From positions 1-32,371 of the IMG/VR virus record IMGVR_UViG_3300007352_000460: a DNA stretch of 32,371 nt; one strand, 5' to 3'. The notes beneath the pieces were generated by a model. That model saw only the letters and a program-made list of their open reading frames with translations, had not been told where the DNA came from and ran no database searches. Both the position numbers and the translations under genes were made by a program. The DNA comes from a virus (taxonomy: Duplodnaviria; Caudoviricetes). Positions within the stretch are counted from its first letter, which is position 1, and every line of letters starts with the position of its first letter. Below are positions 8,471 to 16,520 of this stretch, piece after piece.

Positions 8471-10156
8471 TTAGGCCGTGATGGTGTAGGCCGCGGTTAG
8501 AATGGCAGAATTAGTCATGCCGGTTTTAATAGCGATAGCCTTAATAGTTGTACTGCCTGTAGTAACTGTAATCGGGCCGTTATATAGCGTCTTTGTTGCA
8601 TCCGGAGTGCTGCCGTCAGTAGTATAGTAGATTGCTGCCCCTGACGTCTCGCAAGTCAGATCGATATCCTTGCTGCCGCCAGCATAAGTCCCGGCAATCG
8701 GCAAGGCAACCGGAGTCTTAACTGTATTAGCCAGGTCAGCCGCGAAGGTGGTAGTTGCAGTAGGCGCCGCGTTGTTGATATTCACCATGACAAAGCCTTC
8801 ACCGAATACCGGCTTACCGTCATAGCGTGCCGTACCTCTGAACACGGTCTGATCTTCAATAAACAGAGCGTGTTCAGAAACTGCCAACTGGGCGCCGGCA
8901 CGCTCCGCCAGTAGGAACAGACTGCCATAACCACCGATAATGTCGTAATCGGCCAGGAAATCTAGAATAACGATATCCCCGCCAACAATAGGCATGGTCA
9001 TATTCATTCCGGAAACGAGGGCGCCGGCCGCATTAAAGACCACAGCTTTTGAAAGCAAGGTATTCCAGGTCAGGGTATTCAGAGCCCAAAACTTGCTGCC
9101 ATCACTGTAATTAGCTTTAGCTACCCCGAGATCAAGAATCAATGCCGCAAAGAACTCCTCTGCGGTCATCCCGGACGGGTTGATCTGCAGAATATTGGTG
9201 ACGTGCAGGTCAGTCCAGTCGGGGCCATCAGCATCCCAGTTTGCGGGTTGTGAAGTTTGAGCCAGTCTGGTGGCAATACCAATCGGCATTTTGGAGCCAT
9301 TGCCAAACAAAATAGCTTTGTCAATTGCAAGACCGATTGCCTGGCCCAGAGAATCCAGAATTTCATCGGCCAAGTTTTCGTCCGAATCTTCCAGGGTAGA
9401 GTTCGGGATCGGGATATACCCACCAACCTTATACCCGTCAACTTCGATCTGAGCAAAGCTCAGGGTCAGTTCGTTTAGAGCAGCCACAGCTTCAGTCCAC
9501 ACTGCTTCCGGCACGGTCCCGGCTATGTTCTGCCGGGCCTTGCCGGCCACGGGCTTGAGTTTGATCTTCGTAACGAGTTTAGAGTACCGGTGCATGTTAT
9601 CCCGCAGTAGTTCCAACATCACTTCAGGAATAGTCAACTCCGCGCCGGTTACGGCCCTCTTTTGTCCAATCATCCCACGAACACGGGTTAAAAATTCTTT
9701 CACATCGTCCCGGGCCACCAGGGAGGTGCGCTGTTCACGGGTCATACCCAAAAATTTAACACGTTTGCTCATGTACGGCTCATCCTTTCTTTTTTCGGGC
9801 TCCTTCGGTACCGTCGAAGCCGGAGGGGTTTTTAACCGGCTGTCGATTTCGTCCAGTTCCTTTTGCAGGCTTTGGATTTCGTCCTCTAACTTTTTTTTCG
9901 CGTCCTCATTGGCCTGCTGGTCAGTTGCCAAGGCTTCCTGGTCAGCCTCAAACACGGCCACCGCTTCGTCTACAGTGGCCTTATCCTCTTCCGGAGTTTC
10001 GTCGGTAATCTCATTAACCGCAGCTTCAAGCTCTGCCTCACGTGTTTTCAACTCTTCGGAGCGGGTTGCAAACTCCGCGTCCTTTTGCCGCAATTCGTTC
10101 AACTGACTTTTTAGCGCCAAAATGCGTTTACTCAGGATCAATTGTTTTAATGCCAT
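8471..10156 (-). CDS. HK97-family major capsid protein with N-terminal scaffold (delta) domain and C-terminal Fn3-associated/CHB_HEX_C-like domain
   Basis: Acidic coiled-coil N-terminus, capsid core 'LTIPE..AVWTE..DKAILFGNG..RYDGKP', C-terminal 'AAIYYTTDGSTP..YNGPI..IKAIA'. Start re-called to ATG 10156. Confidence 0.93.
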   Translation of the reverse strand: MALKQLILSKRILALKSQLNELRQKDAEFATRSEELKTREAELEAAVNEITDETPEEDKATVDEAVAVFEADQEALATDQQANEDAKKKLEDEIQSLQKELDEIDSRLKTPPASTVPKEPEKRKDEPYMSKRVKFLGMTREQRTSLVARDDVKEFLTRVRGMIGQKRAVTGAELTIPEVMLELLRDNMHRYSKLVTKIKLKPVAGKARQNIAGTVPEAVWTEAVAALNELTLSFAQIEVDGYKVGGYIPIPNSTLEDSDENLADEILDSLGQAIGLAIDKAILFGNGSKMPIGIATRLAQTSQPANWDADGPDWTDLHVTNILQINPSGMTAEEFFAALILDLGVAKANYSDGSKFWALNTLTWNTLLSKAVVFNAAGALVSGMNMTMPIVGGDIVILDFLADYDIIGGYGSLFLLAERAGAQLAVSEHALFIEDQTVFRGTARYDGKPVFGEGFVMVNINNAAPTATTTFAADLANTVKTPVALPIAGTYAGGSKDIDLTCETSGAAIYYTTDGSTPDATKTLYNGPITVTTGSTTIKAIAIKTGMTNSAILTAAYTITA

Positions 10157-10722
10157 TTCTTTAACCTCGCTTTCATGGTATCCCGCCATGCTTGGACTTG
10201 ACGGGCTTTTACCTGTTCGTAATCTTTTTTCCTGGCAGCCACAGACGTATCTTCATAGGCCGGGAAGGTTACTACAGAAATCTCGTAGAGCTTTACCCGC
10301 TTGATTGTCCAGTGAACATTCCCATTTTCACCCCATGTTGTTTCTTCTTCCAGAATATCAAAGCCAAACGAGCAGTGAGTTATATCCCCGCGTTCCACCC
10401 TGGCATATAGGTTCATAGCGTCTTGGTCAGAGGGATTGATTTTTACCCGACCCCAAAGCCCCTGGGCATCAACCTTAAGCTCCAGAGTCCCGGCCTTGTT
10501 ACGCCCAAGGACCAAGCGAGTCTCGTGGTCGATAAGTGCCCGGATGTCATCGGACAGGGCCCCATCAAAAGCGGTTTCAGCGATGCTTTCCGTTGCGCCC
10601 GGCCATAGCTCGTAAACACCGCCAAACACAGCAAAATATCCCTCAATATATTTCTCACCGTTAGCCTCCGCCGCCCTGAATTGTGTTGGAAGACCCCGGG
10701 CCTGCCTTGCGCTCCTATTCAT
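10147..10722 (-). CDS. HK97-family prohead protease
   Basis: 'IEGYFAVF..ALIDH..LGR..CSFGF..LYEISVVTFPAYEDT'. Confidence 0.93.
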   Translation of the reverse strand: MNRSARQARGLPTQFRAAEANGEKYIEGYFAVFGGVYELWPGATESIAETAFDGALSDDIRALIDHETRLVLGRNKAGTLELKVDAQGLWGRVKINPSDQDAMNLYARVERGDITHCSFGFDILEEETTWGENGNVHWTIKRVKLYEISVVTFPAYEDTSVAARKKDYEQVKARQVQAWRDTMKARLKKWH

Positions 10723-11908
10723 CCTCATCACCCCCGTTCAACTTCTTCTGTTGACCAAGCTTGTCAGCCGGCACATAATTCTCCAGAGCAAGCAGCTCGT
10801 CCATCTCGTCATCTGGAGCCATGCCAACCCAGTCCCGCCATTCGTTCCTGCGCATGGTCATGCGGTCCACCATGGCCGAACCAGCTTCAATGATGTCCTT
10901 AAGACTGTAGGAGTAAAGGCTCCGCGGGTTAAATCGCCAGTAAAGGTTAGGTGAGTAGAGTAGTTTTTTGGTCAATTCCTGCTCAACACTCATCGCCAGC
11001 GGCATTAACCGGGAGGAAATAAAATTATTAAACTCATCCGCCTTGAAATCCCCCACACCAACCAGGAAGGGCGGGACGCCGAAAATCCCGGCCACGGTCC
11101 GTTTATCAATCTCCAGGTTTTTTGCAATAGCCAGATCATTCAATGTCAGCGGTTTGACCTGCTGCACTTCAAACGCCTCTGATGGAATAAACCAAGGTCT
11201 GCCGTTTTCGCTGGCATCCAGGTACTGTTTTGATAGTTTTGTGCGCCCTTCGACACTTGCAAACTCTTCCGTAAGGCCGTCAACCTTGACGATGATCGAC
11301 GGCGCCGGGCTCTCCATAAGCGCCTGCTTGGTTGCCCCGGCCTGACGAAGACCTTTTATCACATCTTTTAGAACCACCCGACGTCCCGTTCCGATCCATG
11401 GCCGCTCCGGATCCGGATTAATAGCAAAGTGCAATACCTCGTCCGGGCTGTAGCTGTGCTGGCCATAACGAATAATATAACCATCGTCCGAATCCAAAAA
11501 GCTGACCTGGGAGGGTTTGAGTGGTACAAGGTTATCCAGATAACCATCAATATAACGAGGGTATGTTACCTGATTCCCTTTCCCTGGAAGAAGCAGAGTC
11601 CAGACAAGGTTGTATATAAATGTTTTCCTGGTCATCAGCTTATTTGGAGCTATGTCAAGCTTCCTGGAAAGCTCATTTTTGATGCGAATATCGCCCTTAT
11701 CGGTATTCATCATAAGGTAAATAGTCATACTGCTGATCAGGTCAGCGTAGACGTGGGCACACATACGTACTTCCGGACAATCAGACAGCCTTGTGTATTG
11801 GCCGGTTGTCAGGATATTGTAGGCATCAACCGAGCAAAGCCAGGAGGTATCGCTCCTTTTCTGCGCAGGGGCGTCCCTTGCTTTATGGTTGCGTTTTTTC
11901 TTGCTCAT
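10715..11908 (-). CDS. HK97-family portal protein
   Basis: 397 aa between terminase and protease. 'EVLHF', '[13 protein letters not shown]', 'RNEWRDWVG'. Confidence 0.93.
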   Translation of the reverse strand: MSKKKRNHKARDAPAQKRSDTSWLCSVDAYNILTTGQYTRLSDCPEVRMCAHVYADLISSMTIYLMMNTDKGDIRIKNELSRKLDIAPNKLMTRKTFIYNLVWTLLLPGKGNQVTYPRYIDGYLDNLVPLKPSQVSFLDSDDGYIIRYGQHSYSPDEVLHFAINPDPERPWIGTGRRVVLKDVIKGLRQAGATKQALMESPAPSIIVKVDGLTEEFASVEGRTKLSKQYLDASENGRPWFIPSEAFEVQQVKPLTLNDLAIAKNLEIDKRTVAGIFGVPPFLVGVGDFKADEFNNFISSRLMPLAMSVEQELTKKLLYSPNLYWRFNPRSLYSYSLKDIIEAGSAMVDRMTMRRNEWRDWVGMAPDDEMDELLALENYVPADKLGQQKKLNGGDEDE

Positions 11909-13683
11909 TCATCCAGCCACCCTCTTGCCCGACTTGACTTCTCTAAGTTCTCCAGTAGCCGGCAGCAGGCAAACACTGCTGCATCGAAAACGTCTATCCT
12001 TTGCTTCGGCATGACCTTTTCATATTGCACCTGGTCATCCGTCTTTTCTATGGCTTTTACGTTTTGTGTACAGTATTCAAATGCTCCGGAATGCAGGTAG
12101 TAAAATCTGCCGTCCTTTGCCTTTTGCTCAATGCGCCGAAATCCCTCTGACTTTCGCCAGAAATATTGCGGCTGGTCCACAATAGAAAAGCCGGCTTGCT
12201 TCATGCCAAGAAAATATTCCCGGGAAAACTTTTTGTCATGGCCAATCTGTTTTATCTTGAATCCTTTGGCTTTCATGTCTTTAAACCACTTGACTATTTC
12301 TGTATAGTTCACAGTGGGATGGTTACTCATAGTAAGCCAGCCATCGTCCCTCCAGCCAAATAACGGGATATTATCCTCATCAGCTTTCCGGGCAGCGGCC
12401 ACAATAGGGAACCATGCATGGGTTATAGCGATATCAATTTCTTCTGGCACCTCAATTTTCTCGCCCTTTTCGTTTAGGACCGTTATCATGTGACCTGTTC
12501 TATAGCTGCCGTACAGGGCCGCAGCCGTCAGGTCGTGCAGCTTCGATAGATCAGCCCCGCCGTACCAAACAACAGGCAACCGGGCCAGTTCCGCCAAAGT
12601 CCAATTATATTTCCGGTCTGATTTCCGGAATTCCTCTATGTTGAAATAGGCCTTCATGGCCGCCGTGTAGACATTGAGCGACTTCGCAAAAAAATCTTTT
12701 CTCTGCTGGGGGTCGTTCTGGGCCTGCAGGGCATCGTTCATGATGTCATCAGGCCGGATGGAAGCCCCATACGCTGGGTTCGCCATCTCGTGAATAGCTG
12801 GGTTTGTGTAGTCCACATCCCCGTTTTCATCCTGATCGGCCTTGCAAATGAAAACGAAATAGGCCTCGTCCTTAACTGTGCCGTCCAGAATCTTTTTGCA
12901 GTATTGGAGCCGCTGGTAACAAAACGAAGTCATGTCGTCGCCGGCAGTAGTGATCCCAATCATCAGTTTATTGGTGTAGGCCTTCATGGCCTCCTTGATG
13001 ATATTGTATTGCTTCGGCGTCTTGTAGGCGTGTATTTCATCCGCTATGGCAATGTTACAGTTCAGGGAATCCTGCCGGTCCGGGCTGGCAGCCAGAGTTT
13101 TGATATAGATCGACCCGTTTCCCAAGTCGCCGCTTATGCTGTGCTCCTGGTTGTTATCCAGTACCCGGAAGTTATCTCGCTCCCCCATCTGATCAAGATT
13201 GAACAGAATGAAATTAAAACTCTGGAGTGATTGCTCCAGGGCAGCCCCCACAATGTAACACTTGGACCCGGATTTTCTCTCCAGCAGCCCCAACGCCCAC
13301 GCCAGAGCGGCGGCAAAAGTAGTTTTAATATTTTTCCTGGGGATAAAAATAAACGCCTCTTTGAAGCGTCTAATTTTAGTCCCCCGGTGGTAAAACCCCA
13401 GCAGGTTGTAACCCTGGAATTTGTGGAACGGCTCCAATAAAAAAGGCTCCCCGCGTAACGGAGTGCCGTCTAATTTCTCACCTTGAGCATGAACAAAGGT
13501 TTTTTCAATGATCCCGATTACAAATTCAGCGTCTTTCGGGTTAAAATCGTATTCCGGATTTGCCAGGTCTTTCAAGAATCTTTGACAACCCTGGATTTGC
13601 TCCTTACAAGCGATCTTTCTACCTTCGACAATGCTCCTGGCATACTCCATTACGGTGTCAAAGTTTTTATGTTTCTTTTTCAA
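11905..13683 (-). CDS. terL: Terminase large subunit
   Basis: Walker A variant PRKNIKTT, Walker B IADEIH, ITTAG coupling motif, nuclease 'GADLS..DLTA' and 'RIDVFDA'. Start uncertain; TTG 13683 chosen. Confidence 0.93.
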   Translation of the reverse strand: MKKKHKNFDTVMEYARSIVEGRKIACKEQIQGCQRFLKDLANPEYDFNPKDAEFVIGIIEKTFVHAQGEKLDGTPLRGEPFLLEPFHKFQGYNLLGFYHRGTKIRRFKEAFIFIPRKNIKTTFAAALAWALGLLERKSGSKCYIVGAALEQSLQSFNFILFNLDQMGERDNFRVLDNNQEHSISGDLGNGSIYIKTLAASPDRQDSLNCNIAIADEIHAYKTPKQYNIIKEAMKAYTNKLMIGITTAGDDMTSFCYQRLQYCKKILDGTVKDEAYFVFICKADQDENGDVDYTNPAIHEMANPAYGASIRPDDIMNDALQAQNDPQQRKDFFAKSLNVYTAAMKAYFNIEEFRKSDRKYNWTLAELARLPVVWYGGADLSKLHDLTAAALYGSYRTGHMITVLNEKGEKIEVPEEIDIAITHAWFPIVAAARKADEDNIPLFGWRDDGWLTMSNHPTVNYTEIVKWFKDMKAKGFKIKQIGHDKKFSREYFLGMKQAGFSIVDQPQYFWRKSEGFRRIEQKAKDGRFYYLHSGAFEYCTQNVKAIEKTDDQVQYEKVMPKQRIDVFDAAVFACCRLLENLEKSSRARGWLDE

Positions 13684-14026
13684 GACTTTGAAGTGCTGCT
13701 GCCAGTTTGGATTGCCCGGCCTTTTCAGCGGTAACAGTCTCCAGTGCTTTTGGATTGAGGCAGAGGCGGTCTGAGTATGCCAGGATATCCTTTCGGAGCG
13801 TTTCAAGTGTAGCCACTATCGGAGCTTTCTTTTCGCTGCCCTGGTCAGTATACACCCTGTATTTATAGTCGCTTTCCACAAATCTGCTCGTCAGTATTCT
13901 GTATTGCTCCACCAGTTCAGCGTATATGTCAATAAGCCGGTTATATTCCGGTTTATAGATACCCAGTTTTTTCATATCAGCTATGGTTGCCCGCTTGACC
14001 GTTTCTTTGCTTGGTAGTTTTGTCAC
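13667..14026 (-). CDS. terS: Terminase small subunit (P27-like)
   Basis: Directly upstream of terL. '[25 protein letters not shown]'. GTG 14026 after a GGAG-rich RBS. Confidence 0.85.
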   Translation of the reverse strand: MTKLPSKETVKRATIADMKKLGIYKPEYNRLIDIYAELVEQYRILTSRFVESDYKYRVYTDQGSEKKAPIVATLETLRKDILAYSDRLCLNPKALETVTAEKAGQSKLAAALQSLEKET

Positions 14027-14049
14027 CTCCCCGCCTCCCAAATTTTTTT

Positions 14050-14126
14050 TCAATGGCCGCTCTATTGGAAAGAGTTCCTCAGCCCGGTCCCTGTTTGGTT
14101 TAATTTTTTGCCTTCAAGGTGGGGGG
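14050..14126 (-). other. Candidate cos/packaging region
   Basis: Non-coding gap between the HNH module and terS, where HK97-like phages carry cos. Contains CCCCCCACC and GGGACCGGG GC blocks. Mostly positional. Confidence 0.4.
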
Positions 14127-14270
14127 CTAGTTCAGTGTGTCCAGTTGCATCATCAATAACATAAATCTACCAATCGCATTTTCAGTTTCTTTCTCATCGT
14201 TGCTTTCAATGGCTTTTACCACATCATCACACGCATCCCTTAACTTTCTAAATACCTCTATGCCTTCCAC
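14127..14270 (-). CDS. Small hypothetical protein (47 aa, not in ORF track)
   Basis: GGAGG RBS then GTG 14270. MEGIEVFRKLRDACDDVVKAIESNDEKETENAIGRFMLLMMQLDTLN*. Confidence 0.65.
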   Translation of the reverse strand: MEGIEVFRKLRDACDDVVKAIESNDEKETENAIGRFMLLMMQLDTLN

Positions 14271-14568
14271 AGGATTGCACCTCCGCTGTATTTTGTGGCG
14301 ATACCCTGGACAGCCAGGCTTTCCCCAACTCCGTCAATTCGTTATTACTTCTGTCGTGCATGCTGTCATGGCACTTGCAACACAGGCTAATCAGGTTCCA
14401 ATTTACCATGCTGAGCTCCGGCCTTTGCTCGAGAGGATAGACGTGATGAACCGTTGTAGCTGGTGTACTCTTTCCGTATCGCATACACTCCCGGCACAAA
14501 TATCCGTCGCGCCGGAGAATATTTTTTCTTTTAATTTTCCATTTTTTAGATTTATAAAAAGGATTCAC
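14248..14568 (-). CDS. Terminase-associated HNH endonuclease (HK97 gp74-like)
   Basis: 'FYKSKKW..RRDGYLCREC..VHH..NLISLCCKCHDSMH' upstream of terS. Confidence 0.9.
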   Translation of the reverse strand: MNPFYKSKKWKIKRKNILRRDGYLCRECMRYGKSTPATTVHHVYPLEQRPELSMVNWNLISLCCKCHDSMHDRSNNELTELGKAWLSRVSPQNTAEVQSCGRHRGI

Positions 14569-14615
14569 CGTATCAACATTCTCACTATATTTTTAAATAT
14601 TTTTACAAAAACCTC

Positions 14616-14644
14616 TTGACATATACACATCTATTGTGTATAAT
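14616..14644 (+). promoter_or_regulatory. hicAB sigA promoter with palindromic operator
   Basis: Perfect TTGACA (14616-21), 17 nt, TATAAT (14639-44). Perfect inverted repeat TATACACA-N5-TGTGTATA (14622-14642). Confidence 0.88.
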
Positions 14645-14664
14645 ATAAGCAAGAGGTGAGGGGC

Positions 14665-14838
14665 ATGAAACGAAAAGACTTAATAAAACTTCTAAAGAAA
14701 AGCGGGTGGTGGAAAAAACGTGAAGGTCATGACCATACCATTTACACTAACGGAACGGCAAACGAACCAATCTCACGACAAACCGAAATAGACGACACAT
14801 TAGCAAAGAAAATCATTAAGCGGCGAGGGCTGAAATAG
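14665..14838 (+). CDS. hicA: HicA-family toxin (mRNA interferase)
   Basis: 57-aa basic protein 'MKRKDLIKLL..GW..REGHDHTIY' upstream of hicB. Confidence 0.88.
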   Translation: MKRKDLIKLLKKSGWWKKREGHDHTIYTNGTANEPISRQTEIDDTLAKKIIKRRGLK

Positions 14839-14875
14839 CCCTCTAATCTGCCGCAATAAAGGAGAGTGTTATTAA

Positions 14876-15271
14876 ATGACAAAGGTGTATCCCATTATCC
14901 TTACACCAACCGATCAAGGATACGTAGTAACTGTTCCCGACCTCGACATTAATACACAAGGTAAAGACCTCGCAGAAGCAATTTATATGGCTCGTGACGC
15001 TATTGGGCTTTGGGGAATATGCGAACAAGACGACGGACGTATTATCCCTGAACCTTCCACCTCTGAACCTCCGCATGAAGCCGATGAGCTTGTTTCATGG
15101 GTGGACATCGACTTTACGAGATATCGCAGAGCAAACGATATGACTACTATGCGAATCAATGTATCAGTTCCAAAGTATCTAAAAGTCCTCGGTGATGAAG
15201 CTAATGTAAATTTTTCTCAGGTCCTCCAAGAAGGACTAAAAACCCGCCTCGGAATCGTTGAGCAGCCCTAA
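14876..15271 (+). CDS. hicB: HicB-family antitoxin
   Basis: 'YP..YVVTVPDL..TQG..EAIYMARDA..IPEPS' plus RHH-like C-terminus 'INVSVPKYL..VNFSQVLQEGL'. Confidence 0.92.
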   Translation: MTKVYPIILTPTDQGYVVTVPDLDINTQGKDLAEAIYMARDAIGLWGICEQDDGRIIPEPSTSEPPHEADELVSWVDIDFTRYRRANDMTTMRINVSVPKYLKVLGDEANVNFSQVLQEGLKTRLGIVEQP

Positions 15272-15287
15272 CCAGGCTGCTTTTTTT
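15261..15287 (+). terminator. Intrinsic terminator of hicAB
   Basis: AGCAGCC-N7-GGCTGCT followed by a T run. Confidence 0.8.
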
Positions 15288-15319
15288 AAAACACAAAAGC
15301 CGCCCTTCCGGACAGCTTT
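15285..15319 (-). terminator. Intrinsic terminator on the late-gene strand
   Basis: AAAGCUGUCC-GGAA-GGGCGGCUUU then UGUGUUUU. Pairs fully only on - (two G-U pairs). Confidence 0.72.
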
Positions 15320-15400
15320 AAATTTTTAGCGGGGGACCGGCGATATCACCAGATCCCCCTTTTTTTAGGTTGTCTGCTTCAGGGCATACGCTACAAAAAT

Positions 15401-15429
15401 AGCATACATCTCTTTTCTGTCAAAGTCAA
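15401..15429 (-). promoter_or_regulatory. Putative sigA promoter facing the late genes
   Basis: TTGACT-17-TATGCT, with an overlapping alternative TTGACA-16-(TG)TATTTT. Confidence 0.6.
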
Positions 15430-15437
15430 GAGTTTTT

Positions 15438-15761
15438 TTAAGCAAACTGCCATAGATCCAACACCCTTTTCACAGGCTTCTTCCGCTTTCGCCTCGACAG
15501 CCGGCTCCCGCTGCTGCGATAATCCCGGACCGGGATCAGCGGCAGCACTTCAGTATATCTGCCGCCGACGGCCCAACGCATCTGCTTTTGAAGCTGCTCT
15601 TCCTGCGCTCTAGTTCTCTCTTCGCTTTTAAGCAGCAGAAGCTTACTTTCATCATCCCAGAATTCCCCGTCACATCTGGGGCAGCACCAGAAGCCTTGTT
15701 TTTCGTAGATCATGATTTCGCCACATCGGGGACAATGCAGTATTTTTTCTGCTAAAATCAT
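15438..15761 (-). CDS. Zn-ribbon protein with Arg/Lys-rich C-terminus (candidate late regulator)
   Basis: CPRC-x13-CPRC and RLSRRKRKKPVKR. Last early gene before the packaging module. Confidence 0.7.
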   Translation of the reverse strand: MILAEKILHCPRCGEIMIYEKQGFWCCPRCDGEFWDDESKLLLLKSEERTRAQEEQLQKQMRWAVGGRYTEVLPLIPVRDYRSSGSRLSRRKRKKPVKRVLDLWQFA

Positions 15762-16012
15762 AACGCTTCTTCACCACCTCTTCTATTACTTAATAATTTA
15801 CGTTTTATATTTTCAGGAATATCTCTGGTTAACCAGAATTCATGTTTTAAATTCGGCCTAAAATAACAACACCAATCACCTTCTCTTTTTTTGTGCAAGC
15901 ACCCGTAATTTTTTACCTGGCGCCAACTCAGTAACCAGTTATGATATTTACATAAACCTATCTGGTTGAATTTTTTTGGCTTATAATAAGAGGCTCGTTT
16001 TACCCTTGCCAT
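15758..16012 (-). CDS. Basic Cys/His-containing hypothetical protein
   Basis: AAAGGAGG RBS then ATG 16012. CKYH..GCLH..CCYF motifs. Confidence 0.7.
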   Translation of the reverse strand: MARVKRASYYKPKKFNQIGLCKYHNWLLSWRQVKNYGCLHKKREGDWCCYFRPNLKHEFWLTRDIPENIKRKLLSNRRGGEEAL

Positions 16013-16028
16013 CAACACTGCCTCCTTT

Positions 16029-16103
16029 CAAGGTATGCTCCCATATTTTTCCTCAAGGTATGCTTCCATATTTATCCTTAAGGTATGCTTCCATATTTAT
16101 CCT
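16029..16103. repeat. 3 x 25-bp tandem direct repeat
   Basis: CAAGGTATGCTCCCATATTTTTCCT / CAAGGTATGCTTCCATATTTATCCT / TAAGGTATGCTTCCATATTTATCCT. Confidence 0.95.
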
Positions 16104-16119
16104 CTTTGCTTGTACATTA

Positions 16120-16515
16120 ATAGTGGTACAGACTTTAATCCATGAAAGCCTTGGTATTACTGGATTCTTACCTATAGATAACTTGTCGTACTAATGGAAC
16201 CACCAAAATCCAGCAATGCCGGGCTAAAATTGGATTCTGTCGTACTACCAATTGTGTGGTGGTACAGAACAAAATAGGTCTCAAGCCTTGATATACTTGG
16301 TTCAAATTGTGTCTTGTACCACTGTACCACTGATTTTCGATATATATAATGTATATTTTTTATACCTATACCTTTAGGGTATACCTTAAGGTAGGGTATG
16401 TCCTATATGAATATATATATATAAATATTAGTGGTACAGTGGTACAATATATATATTATTCTTACAGCCCCAAGGCTTTTAGCTTGTACCACTCTTGTAC
16501 CACTAGTACCACTAC
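16120..16515. other. Putative phage replication origin
   Basis: Directly downstream of the primase-helicase. GTACCAC iterons in both orientations and a perfect 18-bp inverted repeat (16314-16331 / 16430-16447) around a 98-bp AT-rich core. Confidence 0.8.
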
Positions 16516-16520
16516 AAAAA

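Noticed and set aside
9525-10106. 193-aa antisense ORF (likewise 11429..12100, 14137..14619, 17518..18033, 18676..19176)
   Set aside because: Antisense to well-supported genes, with biased composition and no recognisable motifs.
13684-13806. N-terminal extensions of terL (also tape measure, capsid, head closure, SSB) in the ORF track
   Set aside because: They overlap upstream genes or regulatory DNA. Downstream starts fit RBS position or family N-termini better.
16029-16103. CRISPR mini-array
   Set aside because: Repeats are contiguous with no spacers, and no cas genes are present.
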